From a virus, in IMG/VR virus record IMGVR_UViG_3300030329_005244: a DNA stretch of 64,000 nucleotides; one strand, written 5' to 3'. A program made the position numbers and the translations under genes. Position 1 is the first letter of the stretch, and each line of letters begins with the position of its first letter. The notes beneath the pieces were generated by a model. The model worked only from the letters and a program-made list of their open reading frames with translations. It was not told the origin of the DNA and did not search any database. Shown here piece by piece: positions 1-9,046 of the stretch.

Positions 1-1339
1 GCTCGCCGACTTCAATCTCTAGGGTTCCGCGTCCGTATCCTCGGTTCTGATTAATGACATTAATGTTCTTTCGTTCGTTCTTGCTCGTTGTGCCAAACAG
101 AGTGAAAAGAAGAGCATCGATGACAGAACTCTTCCCAGAAAAGTTCTTTCCAAAGAGCCCAACAATCCCGCTAAGCCGATCAAAATCAATGGCATTTCCT
201 TTCCCATAGTTAAAGAGGTTGTCCCATTTAAAAGACTTCAGTTTCCAATTAATGTTCCGTGCAATTTCCTCATTCTCTTCAACAATTTTATTAAAGTGTT
301 GGTTGAGTCTAAAGACTTCTTCGAGAACTTCATCCTCTACTTCATAGTCCTTCAAATACTCCTTCATCAAATCTTCCTGAACCTGAACGTCTCGGAGGTT
401 CTCGGTTTGAAGATTGTTCGCGAGGTTTCCGATGCTGCCATCGTCGCCGACAGAGCGATTCAAAAATGCAATGCTCTCGGGCTTAAACTTCAATTTCGCA
501 TAGTCAATTGCCCTCTTCATCATGATGAATGAGAGGTTGTTGTGCGAGATTAAACGCAGGCGAGCCTTATCAGGAACTTGAAGGTTCTTTGGGAATTTAC
601 CTCCTGATGTTAGCTCAATAGACATGAATGGTTTGGGATTTTTGTAGGCGATAGGCTTAATATCCCAGTCATCCTTGGTTCTTATGTCCCAGATGAGCAA
701 ACCTTTGTCATCAGTCTCGCCGTGGTTCTGTTGAACAGTTGAGCCGCAGTACCAAATGCGCCCGTGCTTATCCAACGGCTGACGCCTGTGAATGTCGCCA
801 AGCATAGCGAAATCGTACTCTTTAAAAATATCAATTTCATCATCTCCACGAGCCATCGTCCAGTCCAAATCTGTCTGGCAATTACTAATGGATCCGTGGT
901 ACAAAGCGACGTTAATTTTGTCTTTATTTTTTGGGCTAGCCCATCTATCTCTATCAAAAATTGAAAGGACGTGAAGGGACACAGAGGGCGTCAGAGACAC
1001 CTCCCCGGAGTGCTTCAACATGTGCAAGTTCGGCAGCGAAAGAGCCTGCACAATTGGGCTCAATGCGTCCTGCCGATTTGAGTTGCGAAGGTTGCCGTCA
1101 TGGTTGCCCAGAATAATATACGTGGGGGCAATGGACGCCAAGGACTCAAAAAAGTTCGCACACATCTCAACGAATTCTGGTGAGATTTGTGTTTTTGTGT
1201 GAGCGATGTCGCCACAGTGGACGATAGCGTCAACCTTCTCTTCTCTTAGTGTTTCATAAAGTTGATCAAAGACGATTTGATACTCTTCATGGAATTTAAA
1301 ATTTCGAATGTGCGTGTCAGCCAAATGGGCTATTTTCAA
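1..1339 (-). CDS. Fused Mre11/SbcD metallophosphoesterase nuclease and Rad50/SbcC ATPase (T4 gp47-gp46-like); runs off the left edge
   Basis: Not in the ORF track because it has no stop inside the window. Manual translation from TTG at 1339 (SD GAGGTG): MKIAHLADTH...VHCGDIAH...ILGNHD...YHG...LGDIH...YCGS (calcineurin-like phosphoesterase motifs). The frame continues without a stop into ...WKLKSFKWDNLFNYGKGNAIDFDRLSGIVGLFGKNFSGKSSVIDALLFTLFG (SMC/Rad50 N-terminus with Walker A). Confidence 0.9.
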   Translation of the reverse strand, partial: MKIAHLADTHIRNFKFHEEYQIVFDQLYETLREEKVDAIVHCGDIAHTKTQISPEFVEMCANFFESLASIAPTYIILGNHDGNLRNSNRQDALSPIVQALSLPNLHMLKHSGEVSLTPSVSLHVLSIFDRDRWASPKNKDKINVALYHGSISNCQTDLDWTMARGDDEIDIFKEYDFAMLGDIHRRQPLDKHGRIWYCGSTVQQNHGETDDKGLLIWDIRTKDDWDIKPIAYKNPKPFMSIELTSGGKFPKNLQVPDKARLRLISHNNLSFIMMKRAIDYAKLKFKPESIAFLNRSVGDDGSIGNLANNLQTENLRDVQVQEDLMKEYLKDYEVEDEVLEEVFRLNQHFNKIVEENEEIARNINWKLKSFKWDNLFNYGKGNAIDFDRLSGIVGLFGKNFSGKSSVIDALLFTLFGTTSKNERKNINVINQNRGYGRGTLEIEVGE

Positions 1340-1446
1340 AAAGCACCTCGAATAAGGGGTGTCAATCCGAATGACAAGTAGAACACCACTTCAAACACGA
1401 AAGCGAGCAGAAGGGTTTCCAACAGTTTGCAAAGAAGCTTTTTCAT
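1336..1446 (-). CDS. Small hydrophobic protein, 36 aa (MKKLLCKLLETLLLAFVFEVVFYLSFGLTPLIRGAF)
   Basis: ATG at 1446 with SD GGAGG; TGA overlaps the TTG start of the nuclease/ATPase gene; single TM-like stretch; below the ORF-track length cut-off. Confidence 0.6.
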   Translation of the reverse strand: MKKLLCKLLETLLLAFVFEVVFYLSFGLTPLIRGAF

Positions 1447-1461
1447 CTTACCTCCACAAGT

Positions 1462-1489
1462 AATATAACACACTCGGAGCAAGAAGCAA
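1462..1489 (-). promoter_or_regulatory. Putative sigma70-type promoter (TTGCTT-N16-TATATT with extended -10 TG)
   Basis: Lies in the intergenic gap upstream of the small ORF and the Mre11-Rad50 gene; minus-strand sequence ttgcttcttgctccgagtgtgttatatt. Confidence 0.5.
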
Positions 1490-1509
1490 ACCTCTTATCG
1501 CTTGTCACC

Positions 1510-2754
1510 TTATCGTCGCGGAATGCCAGGGTTTTTTTCGCCCGCTATTCCCGCTTCGTATCCCATCGCAACCAATTCTGGTTGATGACTAAAGAACACC
1601 GACGTTTGATCTATTTCTCCACCTGCTTTACCCAACTCGTATCCGTGGTCTACCGCTTGCTTCTGTCCTCTCGGGGTATCAAAATGTTTTCTGATTTCTT
1701 CTTTGTCTATCTTGCCCTTAAACTCAACCATTTGAGCCTCATCTAGTCCTTCTAAGGAGTTTGTCAAGAAGGTAAACAGAATTGACCACTCGGGGGGCAA
1801 CACTGTTTTTACTTCGCCACCATCTTTAACTTTTATTTGAACTGATTCTGCGCCCGCTAAACCAACTTGCCCAATGCCCAAAAGTTCCCTATAAACAGAA
1901 AAGAGATATTTGACTTTATCTGGGGAGCCATCCAGATTCGCTTGAAGGTAATCGAACGCTTCTTGCCCAGTGTCGGATTTTAACTTTGGAATTGGCTTGT
2001 CCAGTAAAGCGCCGGGAGAAATGTAATCGGTGGCTGGCGCTCTCTTATATTTAACGAGCCTCTTCTCCATGCTGCCTTCTCCAAAAGAGTCGATAGAATC
2101 TATTTGTCCTTCAAAATTGTAGTTGTCTAAATAGTGATCTCCCTGGACTGCCATGTGTGGCCCTCCATAATCTCCGCGAACATCCTCAACAGATGCGTGG
2201 TGAGCGGGGCGTTCCAGGGCTGCTTGGGATTGAAGATAATCAAGAAAGGATGCTCCCGTACCAAGGGCGGCGGCAGTGCCAACCACAAGTCCGATCCTCT
2301 TAAGAAGATCCCTTCGGCTTTGCATTTTATAAGCGAGTTCAGCGCTAACATCTTCTTTCTCGATGCCGCGCTCTGTTGCTTTTAAGCCAATCAGCTTCAA
2401 TAATTGTGCGGCAAAACCGCCTTGGGCTTCGTCTAAAGTTCCAGAATCAAGTATATCAATGATTTCATCAGCAGCTTGTGCCGCCTCGTCATCCGGCGGA
2501 GATTGTTCGGCGAGCCAATCTGTCACGCCCTCTTTAACAACTTGCTGAATTATATATTCTTCAACCGTCTCGCGGATTATTTGAAGTAGGGCAGCCTCTG
2601 TGAGTTCCACGGCTTCATCTGTAGAGCCACTGTCGGGTTCCACAGAATAGAGTTTAGCCATATACGCTTTGGCTTTTTCTTCAGTTGAGGAGCAGCCTTT
2701 TTTTTCATCTGTATCTTTCCTATAGACGCACTTGCCTCGTCTTACATAAGGCAT
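1510..2754 (-). CDS. Hypothetical acidic protein, possible head-internal/ejected virion protein with an internal twin-arginine-like hydrophobic segment
   Basis: 414-aa ORF; E-rich N-terminal third with ELTEAALLQIIRETVEE motif; internal MQSRRDLLKRIGLVVGTAAALG. Confidence 0.6.
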   Translation of the reverse strand: MPYVRRGKCVYRKDTDEKKGCSSTEEKAKAYMAKLYSVEPDSGSTDEAVELTEAALLQIIRETVEEYIIQQVVKEGVTDWLAEQSPPDDEAAQAADEIIDILDSGTLDEAQGGFAAQLLKLIGLKATERGIEKEDVSAELAYKMQSRRDLLKRIGLVVGTAAALGTGASFLDYLQSQAALERPAHHASVEDVRGDYGGPHMAVQGDHYLDNYNFEGQIDSIDSFGEGSMEKRLVKYKRAPATDYISPGALLDKPIPKLKSDTGQEAFDYLQANLDGSPDKVKYLFSVYRELLGIGQVGLAGAESVQIKVKDGGEVKTVLPPEWSILFTFLTNSLEGLDEAQMVEFKGKIDKEEIRKHFDTPRGQKQAVDHGYELGKAGGEIDQTSVFFSHQPELVAMGYEAGIAGEKNPGIPRR

Positions 2755-2756
2755 TA

Positions 2757-4004
2757 CTAGTCCTTCTTGCCTTTGCCCTTTGGGTAGACAAGACTGTCGC
2801 TGCTATTAACATTTGCTGCGAACGCTGCTTGTCGCTTGCGCTTCGTGGAGGAGCCACTTGCTGCCTTATCAACGCACGCCTGGGTCACATCTCCACCGCA
2901 ATACTTCGTGAATTCGCCTTCCGTGCCCTTCTCTTCAATATCTTCGGCTGCGTCTTGAGCCCAGTTCTCGTCTTTCTCTTCTTTCATGTGAACCCCCCTC
3001 ATTTGAAGTGCATCGCCCAACTCTCGCTGATACTGCTCTCCTTCGGGAGTGGTAGGCTGCCACTTTTCATAAACTGCCTCGGCGGCGCGCAACTTGCGCT
3101 TTGCTATTTCGGCTCCAAAATCGTGCATTCCAACATCGCCATGCCCTTCGGCAAGAGCCTTTTCAATTTCCTCAACCAAAATGGCTTTCAATTGTTTTCG
3201 GGTAATCTTCATTTTGTTTTCCTTTAATTCTTTTCCCCCCTTATGATAAGCGGGCATAGATTCTAATTCTTCGGCTTGAACTTTTAATGCTTTTTGTAGC
3301 AACGTGGGATCAAAGGCGGCGCACTTTCGGGCCTGGGCGCTTCCAAGCCCTCCACCTCCCATAATTTTATTATAAAGCCTAACTCTATCATATAGATGCT
3401 CAGACCCATAGCTGGTTTGTCCAATTTTGCCGCCTCGGCGCATTCTAAAAGATACGCAATCCATAGACATGTCAGTATAGCGACCGTTTTTTTCATCATA
3501 CTTTCCACATCTTTTTCCAAGTTCTCCCGACCAATCGTGAGCGGATCTATCGCTATCTAAATCCGAATAAATGTCTTTGTGTTCGCGATCTATTATTTTA
3601 TCCAAATGTCCTTGCAAGCTCATCCCACACGAAAGCATATCTTTATATTTACCACGATCCAATGTGTCAGAGGGGTCCATTCCCAACGCAATCATTGGCT
3701 CTGCTATTGCAGCGCGGCCTCGTTCAGTTTCTATTTGTTTTATAAAATTTGTACTAATTTTAAGACGTTGGCGCGAACTTTCGGCGTCTCGCCAATCATA
3801 TTGAGTTTTGGAAGAGCCTGGTCCTGCGCCCAAGCCTCCTTCCAGCCTTTCTGCTTTTCGGGCTATAGCGGCATATCGTGAATGGCTGGGGCCAATATCA
3901 AGGATTTCATAATCCTCGTCAGTCATTTCGTTGTAATTTTCGTAGAGAGCAGCACTAATCTCTTCTTTAAGAATAGCCTTCAACTGCGACTTTGAAATCT
4001 TCAT
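2757..4004 (-). CDS. Hypothetical protein with two copies of an MKI[S/T]xxQLKAILxEEI motif (possible capsid-targeted internal protein)
   Basis: ORF track 2757..4019; ATG 4004 preferred (SD GAGGA). MKISKSQLKAILKEEI at the start and MKITRKQLKAILVEEI at nt 3212. Confidence 0.65.
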   Translation of the reverse strand: MKISKSQLKAILKEEISAALYENYNEMTDEDYEILDIGPSHSRYAAIARKAERLEGGLGAGPGSSKTQYDWRDAESSRQRLKISTNFIKQIETERGRAAIAEPMIALGMDPSDTLDRGKYKDMLSCGMSLQGHLDKIIDREHKDIYSDLDSDRSAHDWSGELGKRCGKYDEKNGRYTDMSMDCVSFRMRRGGKIGQTSYGSEHLYDRVRLYNKIMGGGGLGSAQARKCAAFDPTLLQKALKVQAEELESMPAYHKGGKELKENKMKITRKQLKAILVEEIEKALAEGHGDVGMHDFGAEIAKRKLRAAEAVYEKWQPTTPEGEQYQRELGDALQMRGVHMKEEKDENWAQDAAEDIEEKGTEGEFTKYCGGDVTQACVDKAASGSSTKRKRQAAFAANVNSSDSLVYPKGKGKKD

Positions 4005-4015
4005 TCGTGCGTTCC

Positions 4016-4948
4016 TCAAATTGCGGCAAGCAAATCTAACAATAAATAGTCCTCTTGATTGATAAAGGTTGCGTTTTGCTTTCTTTCTTGAAAGATGTGT
4101 TTCGGCATAGAACCAACATCTTCATATCCGTTCACATCAATCTTATAAAGTTCGATGTCATATTTGAGAAGGGTCTGAATTAATCTCCGTTCTTTCTTGG
4201 CTGCGTCAGGGTCGAGAGCCACAAAAACAGGAGTATCATTATAGACGATACTTCGCACCAGCTTGGAATTCTCTTGAAGCGATGAGCCAAGCAGGGGCAC
4301 AGAGTTGCCTGCGACGATGGCGTCAAAGGCTCCCTCAACGAGCGTCAGGTCATTCGTCCAGTCCACATACAGTTCGTTGAAGATAATATTTTTTGTTGCT
4401 CTCGGATTCTTGTATTTGTAAGAGTCGCCGTTATAAGAACGGGCGATGAAGAAGTTGGTATCACCATCATCATCAAACGATGGAATGATCACCCGGTTGC
4501 GATACTCGCCTTCAAAGCAATAACCAATCTTCCATCGCACCATATCGTCAAAAGTCACTCCGCGCGACTGGAGATAGTTAAATGCGTGCCTTCCTGTGGC
4601 TGATACCTTGCGAGAAGTTAGGGTGCGGAATTCTGCTGGGAGTTCAACTTTGCTCTTTGCATCTTCATTCCCGTCTTCACTGAAAAGATCGCAAAATCTT
4701 TCAAGCTCAGTTCCACCCGACAATTGTCGCCATTTCTGGAGTTGTGTATAAGAACCAAAACGCTTAACAAGCCGTACAATACTGCGCCCACGATAATCGC
4801 ACACCCAGCACTTAAACATATTTTTGTCAACGTTAACAGAAAGTTTGCGCTTGTGGTGAGAGCATTTCGGACACGCGAAAAGGAGTTCTTTATTCCTGTC
4901 GATGTAGTTTCCAAGTATCTCATGAAGGATTTTCTTCTTCTCTTTCAT
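4016..4948 (-). CDS. dnaG: DNA primase (DnaG/T4 gp61-like; Zn finger plus TOPRIM)
   Basis: CPKC...FKCWVC zinc-binding domain; YLQSRG, RVIIP, KYKNP; TOPRIM LVEGAFD and ALDPDA. Confidence 0.9.
   Translation of the reverse strand: MKEKKKILHEILGNYIDRNKELLFACPKCSHHKRKLSVNVDKNMFKCWVCDYRGRSIVRLVKRFGSYTQLQKWRQLSGGTELERFCDLFSEDGNEDAKSKVELPAEFRTLTSRKVSATGRHAFNYLQSRGVTFDDMVRWKIGYCFEGEYRNRVIIPSFDDDGDTNFFIARSYNGDSYKYKNPRATKNIIFNELYVDWTNDLTLVEGAFDAIVAGNSVPLLGSSLQENSKLVRSIVYNDTPVFVALDPDAAKKERRLIQTLLKYDIELYKIDVNGYEDVGSMPKHIFQERKQNATFINQEDYLLLDLLAAI
4042..4051 (-). promoter_or_regulatory. Putative phage late-promoter element GACTATTTAT
   Basis: About 38 nt upstream of ATG 4004; the same CTATTTA core recurs upstream of several structural genes. 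Confidence 0.4.
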
Positions 4949-4971
4949 AGTTCCTCGGGGGAGTTGCCCTT

Positions 4972-4999
4972 AATCTAATCACCCTGTTGCCGATGTCAA
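4972..4999 (-). promoter_or_regulatory. Putative sigma70-type promoter for primase (TTGACA-N16-TAGATT)
   Basis: Perfect -35 TTGACA at 4999-4994 and -10 TAGATT at 4977-4972, followed by SD GAGGA and the primase ATG. Confidence 0.55.
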
Positions 5000-5518
5000 G
5001 CCCTCGTGCTCAAGTTTGTATCCTGCGCGAGCGATAACAATAGCGTCCGCACGATCAAAAAACTCTGCCTTGGGGTTTCCAAAGCGTGTTGTCGCCACCA
5101 CGAATGTGGGCTCTGTATTGGCAATATGTTCTATCACAACTTTCTTTGCCTTTGTTCCTCTGGGGATTTTTATTCCGCACTGCTTTCGAGCAGAGCCAGC
5201 AGAAATATACTTGGGCTCTTTTCTAAACTCTTCATAACACACCCAAGACACCATGCCATTAAAGCGTGTGAGAAGTGACAAAGTTTTTGCAGAGGACTTT
5301 CCGCCCATAAACATGTGAAGAGATTGTTCAATATAAACCTCATCAATGCCGTAGTAAGTCTTGCGAATGTCTTGAAGCTTATCAACGAAGCGTTCACATT
5401 TAGCAAAAATGTTTTTTTCTTTGCGTAAGTCGAGAGATGTATGGTGAACCAACATTCCTCGTTTGTCTATAACAGCAAAGCCGCAAATGCTTGTGCTGAT
5501 GTCCAAACCTAAAATCAT
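4979..5518 (-). CDS. ruvC: RuvC-like Holliday junction resolvase
   Basis: MILGLDISTS, VYIEQ and DRADAIVIA acidic RNase-H-fold motifs; 179 aa. Confidence 0.85.
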   Translation of the reverse strand: MILGLDISTSICGFAVIDKRGMLVHHTSLDLRKEKNIFAKCERFVDKLQDIRKTYYGIDEVYIEQSLHMFMGGKSSAKTLSLLTRFNGMVSWVCYEEFRKEPKYISAGSARKQCGIKIPRGTKAKKVVIEHIANTEPTFVVATTRFGNPKAEFFDRADAIVIARAGYKLEHEGLTSATG

Positions 5519-6891
5519 ATGTCAAGCCGTAATTTAAACGTAAGATCCTCATCCTCCTTCTTTAAAACAGGATTAGCAAGGGTGGCGACACCAATCAGAT
5601 TCTTGCTGGAATCGTAAATGCCGATTCGAGAGATATACACTTGCCTCTCGAAAGAAGCGGATTGGTGTGCGTAACTAGAGCTTACCACGTTCTGTATTAA
5701 ACGACTACTATTTTCTTCATAAATTTGAGAAGAAGAATGAGCCACCAGATTTTGTCCATATTGAAGGAATGTGGGATTATTAGAATAGTTAACCTCGCCC
5801 CGGCGAGCATTGGTAAACATTGTCACCACCTGAGTGTCAGTTTCTCCCTGGAAGGATGCTCCAAAAGATGCAGAACTATAAGTGGCCGCAGTCGTGGCTT
5901 GAGTGACGCCGTCGTTGGCTCCAGCTCCAAAATAAATCCACTTAGGCTTATATGTGGTGGCGTCATCTTTAATGATTGCCACTTGTTCGCTGGTAAGATC
6001 CCAGGAGCCAGTTAGAAGAATCAAACCTTCTTCATAAAGAACGACGCCCGCGACAGAACCGCTGTTGTCAGGAAGATTAGAATCGTTTCCCAAGTCTCGT
6101 TCGCTGGTTACTTGGATTAATTCTCCGTTTTGCTTAATGTCTTTGACTTCTCCCAAAAGAGAACCAGTCATATACCAACGCAATGAAACTGTGCCTGGAT
6201 AAATGCGTCTTCCATAAAAGATAGAAGGGACAGACAACATATTGATGACTTGTTGATCCTTAATCCACTCATACGTGTCTCCGGTGGCAGAACCGGTTAC
6301 TCTATAATGCTTGCTGCGAGCGCCTAAAAAGTTAAGCCTATTTTTCATAGCCCAGTAATGACGATATTTTAGCTCGCCATGAGTTTCGCACTTTTGAGTG
6401 CTATCGTCACACTCGGTTAAATCTAAATCATCGCCAGTATTAGCATCATAAATTTTAATTAACTTCCCTGCGGTGTCTTTCATGTATTCTCGCACGATGG
6501 AAGCAGACATGGGAAGCTGTCCATACATCGTGTCGCCATAAGAAAACTCATTGGCATAAGCGGTGGCGCCCACTGTGGTAAAGCTGGCGCCTGCACTATC
6601 TTTAGTGATAAAGGGGCGAATGAAAAGATTGCCACCCCGAGATACATGATAGCCATCGGGATCCGTAATGGGTGTTCCTACGCCGCTACTCTTATCGATG
6701 TTATATTCATAAAGGCTTATGTAGCCATGCCCACCAGACACCGATGTCACTGCCGTTCCGTTAAACGAACCTGATCGAGCCGGAATATTATTATAATAAA
6801 TTCCACCATCATAAATGAAAAACTCACTTTGAGGGTGAGCTTTCATTGTGTTTATAATAATATCATTGGTTCCGAACTTTTTAAGGGACAT
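5515..6891 (-). CDS. Virion structural protein with a C-terminal tail-collar/fibre-attachment (DUF3751-like) half-domain
   Basis: C-terminal NYSNNPTF...YISRIGIYDSSKNLIGVATLANPVLK...TFKLRLDI; paralogous to the neighbouring gene; about 10 [ST][GAS]S tripeptides. Confidence 0.65.
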   Translation of the reverse strand: MSLKKFGTNDIIINTMKAHPQSEFFIYDGGIYYNNIPARSGSFNGTAVTSVSGGHGYISLYEYNIDKSSGVGTPITDPDGYHVSRGGNLFIRPFITKDSAGASFTTVGATAYANEFSYGDTMYGQLPMSASIVREYMKDTAGKLIKIYDANTGDDLDLTECDDSTQKCETHGELKYRHYWAMKNRLNFLGARSKHYRVTGSATGDTYEWIKDQQVINMLSVPSIFYGRRIYPGTVSLRWYMTGSLLGEVKDIKQNGELIQVTSERDLGNDSNLPDNSGSVAGVVLYEEGLILLTGSWDLTSEQVAIIKDDATTYKPKWIYFGAGANDGVTQATTAATYSSASFGASFQGETDTQVVTMFTNARRGEVNYSNNPTFLQYGQNLVAHSSSQIYEENSSRLIQNVVSSSYAHQSASFERQVYISRIGIYDSSKNLIGVATLANPVLKKEDEDLTFKLRLDI

Positions 6892-6898
6892 GGTGCTA

Positions 6899-8002
6899 TT
6901 AGTAGTCTAGTCGGACACGCAGCGTAATATCGTTGGTGGGATCCTTTCTTAAGGGCTCGCTAAGCTTTGCCGTTGCAAGAAGTTCGTTATTAGAACTGTA
7001 TAGTCCGATGGTGGTGATGTACGAAACCGGGTTGTCCGAAGCAACGTTCTTCACCTGAATCTTGCTGCCTGACGTATATGTCGGGTTGGAGCTGTAGTTG
7101 TACTTATTGTGCGGCACTCGACAGAAATAAATCGTAGAGTTAATCTCGGTAGTGTTGTTAAACGAGAGATTGTAAAGCCGATGCCGAAGGGCGTCACAGT
7201 TTCCAGAGATGGATTGAGAGACGAACGAGTCGGCGAATTCATAGTAACCCCCACCATCTGAATGCGACTTGCTGAAGAATTGTGCCGAACTAGAGAAAAT
7301 CGAGCCTGTAACCACCACGATTCCAGCCTGGTAGAACACCAGCCCATACACACCTGCGCCGGCGCCCTTACCATAGGTTCCATCGCCGTTAGCTTCGTAA
7401 AGAAGTCCGTATTGCCCACCCACTGTGTCTTGGATGCCGCTATCTGCCGAGGATGCCGACACATCCTGAAGGGTGAGAATCGAGCCGCCAGTGGAGGCGA
7501 AAGGATCTGCCCAAGAGCCTGTACCAATCTTAAGATTGACAGAACCTTTTTTAATCTGATCCTTGGTAAGCAATCGAGAGAACGAAAGGAAATATCCATC
7601 TTTCATCAGGTTGGCAGCGCTTGCATCCAACACAAGATCATTCTCAAACAAGCGAACCGTGTTAGTGGAGCCAGTGTATCCCAGAAGAACCTGCGAGAAT
7701 TGATTGTAAATATTGATTTTCTTCGACTGTTGGACGGCGTTCAGAGAACCAGACATGGTGGAGGACTCATCAAAGCCCATCGTAATATCAAAAATATGGT
7801 TGGCGGAAGAACTAAGGTACGGATAGTCAAATTGGCTTTGCCACATTCCGTGGGTATAGTTTTTAACATTCGTCTCGCTCGTCCAATTGCCGTACACACC
7901 ACTCATGATGGTACCGGTTACCGGAATAGCTTCATGTAAGAGGGTCTTAGTTGTGGTAACATCTGTAGTCGTATTCAGACTCTCATAATTTTTAACTGGC
8001 AT
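6899..8002 (-). CDS. Virion structural protein, paralog of 5515..6891
   Basis: NYSSNPTY...YITTIGLYSSNNELLATAKLSEPLRK...TLRVRLDY; shares GLVFYQAGIVVVTGS / GVVLYEEGLILLTGS with the paralog. Confidence 0.65.
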   Translation of the reverse strand: MPVKNYESLNTTTDVTTTKTLLHEAIPVTGTIMSGVYGNWTSETNVKNYTHGMWQSQFDYPYLSSSANHIFDITMGFDESSTMSGSLNAVQQSKKINIYNQFSQVLLGYTGSTNTVRLFENDLVLDASAANLMKDGYFLSFSRLLTKDQIKKGSVNLKIGTGSWADPFASTGGSILTLQDVSASSADSGIQDTVGGQYGLLYEANGDGTYGKGAGAGVYGLVFYQAGIVVVTGSIFSSSAQFFSKSHSDGGGYYEFADSFVSQSISGNCDALRHRLYNLSFNNTTEINSTIYFCRVPHNKYNYSSNPTYTSGSKIQVKNVASDNPVSYITTIGLYSSNNELLATAKLSEPLRKDPTNDITLRVRLDY

Positions 8003-8015
8003 TTAATCTCCGTCC

Positions 8016-9026
8016 TTATGTTCCAGAATATTGAATAATAGTAACGTCAACCTGTTCCGTGATGCCGGAAATTGCACCTTGAATATAAACAGTTGTCGTT
8101 AAGTAATTGTATTGATTGCTCCCGGCAAAACGACTAGTGTCGTTAAGGCTTCCGTACAGAGAGAAAGTGGTGTCGTTTAAGCCCCCAACAGTTTGAAAGT
8201 TCAACATCGTAAAGGTGCCACGCGGGCCCTTTAAGGCAGAAACTGTACTATCCGCTGGAGAGCCTGTATATTGGAAAATACTATCGGCAATACCCGACAC
8301 AGAAGCGACTGCATAGTTTTCCATAAAGTCAGTTGCCGAAGTGCCCCCAACAGCCGCCAAAGATTTATTTAGGGTGACGACTCCATTGCTCGTATCATTA
8401 GAAAAGCTAGTTCCCGACGAAGGACCAATCACTCCACCAAGGAAGCGCGTATCATAATATACATTAAATGTGGTATCTAGCATATTATTATTAGTTAAGT
8501 AGGTTTGTCGATTTGCCGAAGTGGGAGCCACATCGGAAGTATCCAGTCCAGATTCCAAAAGAACTGCCCGACCACTTGTAGAGGCATCCGTGAGGAAGTA
8601 TTTGGCATTCCCTAAATCAGTGGCTAGCTTATCCTCAGTGCTGGCAGCCGTCGTTGTGGCTGTCATAGCCAAGTAAACTGTCCCGTTTTTCTTATAAACA
8701 ATATTATCAGCCACAGCGGCGACAGTAGACTCGTTCATCACCAAAGAGGGCATATAAAGAATATCATCGCGAGAAAGACTCATCAAGCCATAATTGATAT
8801 TGGCGTTAGTGCCCGTGAACGCTTCAAACACTGGCGTCTGCATGATCTCTAAATCATAATATGCCGTTCCACTTGGGTGGTTCTTGTTGTATAAACCATA
8901 ATCAATCTCATCATCCCCAAGCGCATACTTGACGACACTAAATGTTCCATCCGCCATCTTCTTTCTGCCCACATCCGTTAAGACGGCATCGAGAATGATG
9001 TCACCGGAATTGTCTAAAAAAGCCAT
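8016..9026 (-). CDS. Virion structural protein with an N-terminal tail-collar-like (DUF3751-like) half-domain
   Basis: MAFLDNSGDIILDAVLTDVGRKKMADGTFSVVKYALGDDEIDY resembles the LTxxGxxxLA...AVGD start of P2 gpH-type collar domains; S/T/G-rich, beta-type composition. Confidence 0.6.
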   Translation of the reverse strand: MAFLDNSGDIILDAVLTDVGRKKMADGTFSVVKYALGDDEIDYGLYNKNHPSGTAYYDLEIMQTPVFEAFTGTNANINYGLMSLSRDDILYMPSLVMNESTVAAVADNIVYKKNGTVYLAMTATTTAASTEDKLATDLGNAKYFLTDASTSGRAVLLESGLDTSDVAPTSANRQTYLTNNNMLDTTFNVYYDTRFLGGVIGPSSGTSFSNDTSNGVVTLNKSLAAVGGTSATDFMENYAVASVSGIADSIFQYTGSPADSTVSALKGPRGTFTMLNFQTVGGLNDTTFSLYGSLNDTSRFAGSNQYNYLTTTVYIQGAISGITEQVDVTIIQYSGT

Positions 9027-9046
9027 TAATGTACCTCTCTCTCACC

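Noticed and set aside
19-957. Short ORFs 19..207 and 682..957 on the minus strand
   Set aside because: They are out-of-frame shadows within the Mre11-Rad50 fusion gene.
1-1339. Eukaryotic giant virus (NCLDV) origin suggested by the Mre11-Rad50 fusion and sugar genes
   Set aside because: Shine-Dalgarno sites, operon-style overlaps, sigma factor and T4-like baseplate genes indicate a bacteriophage.
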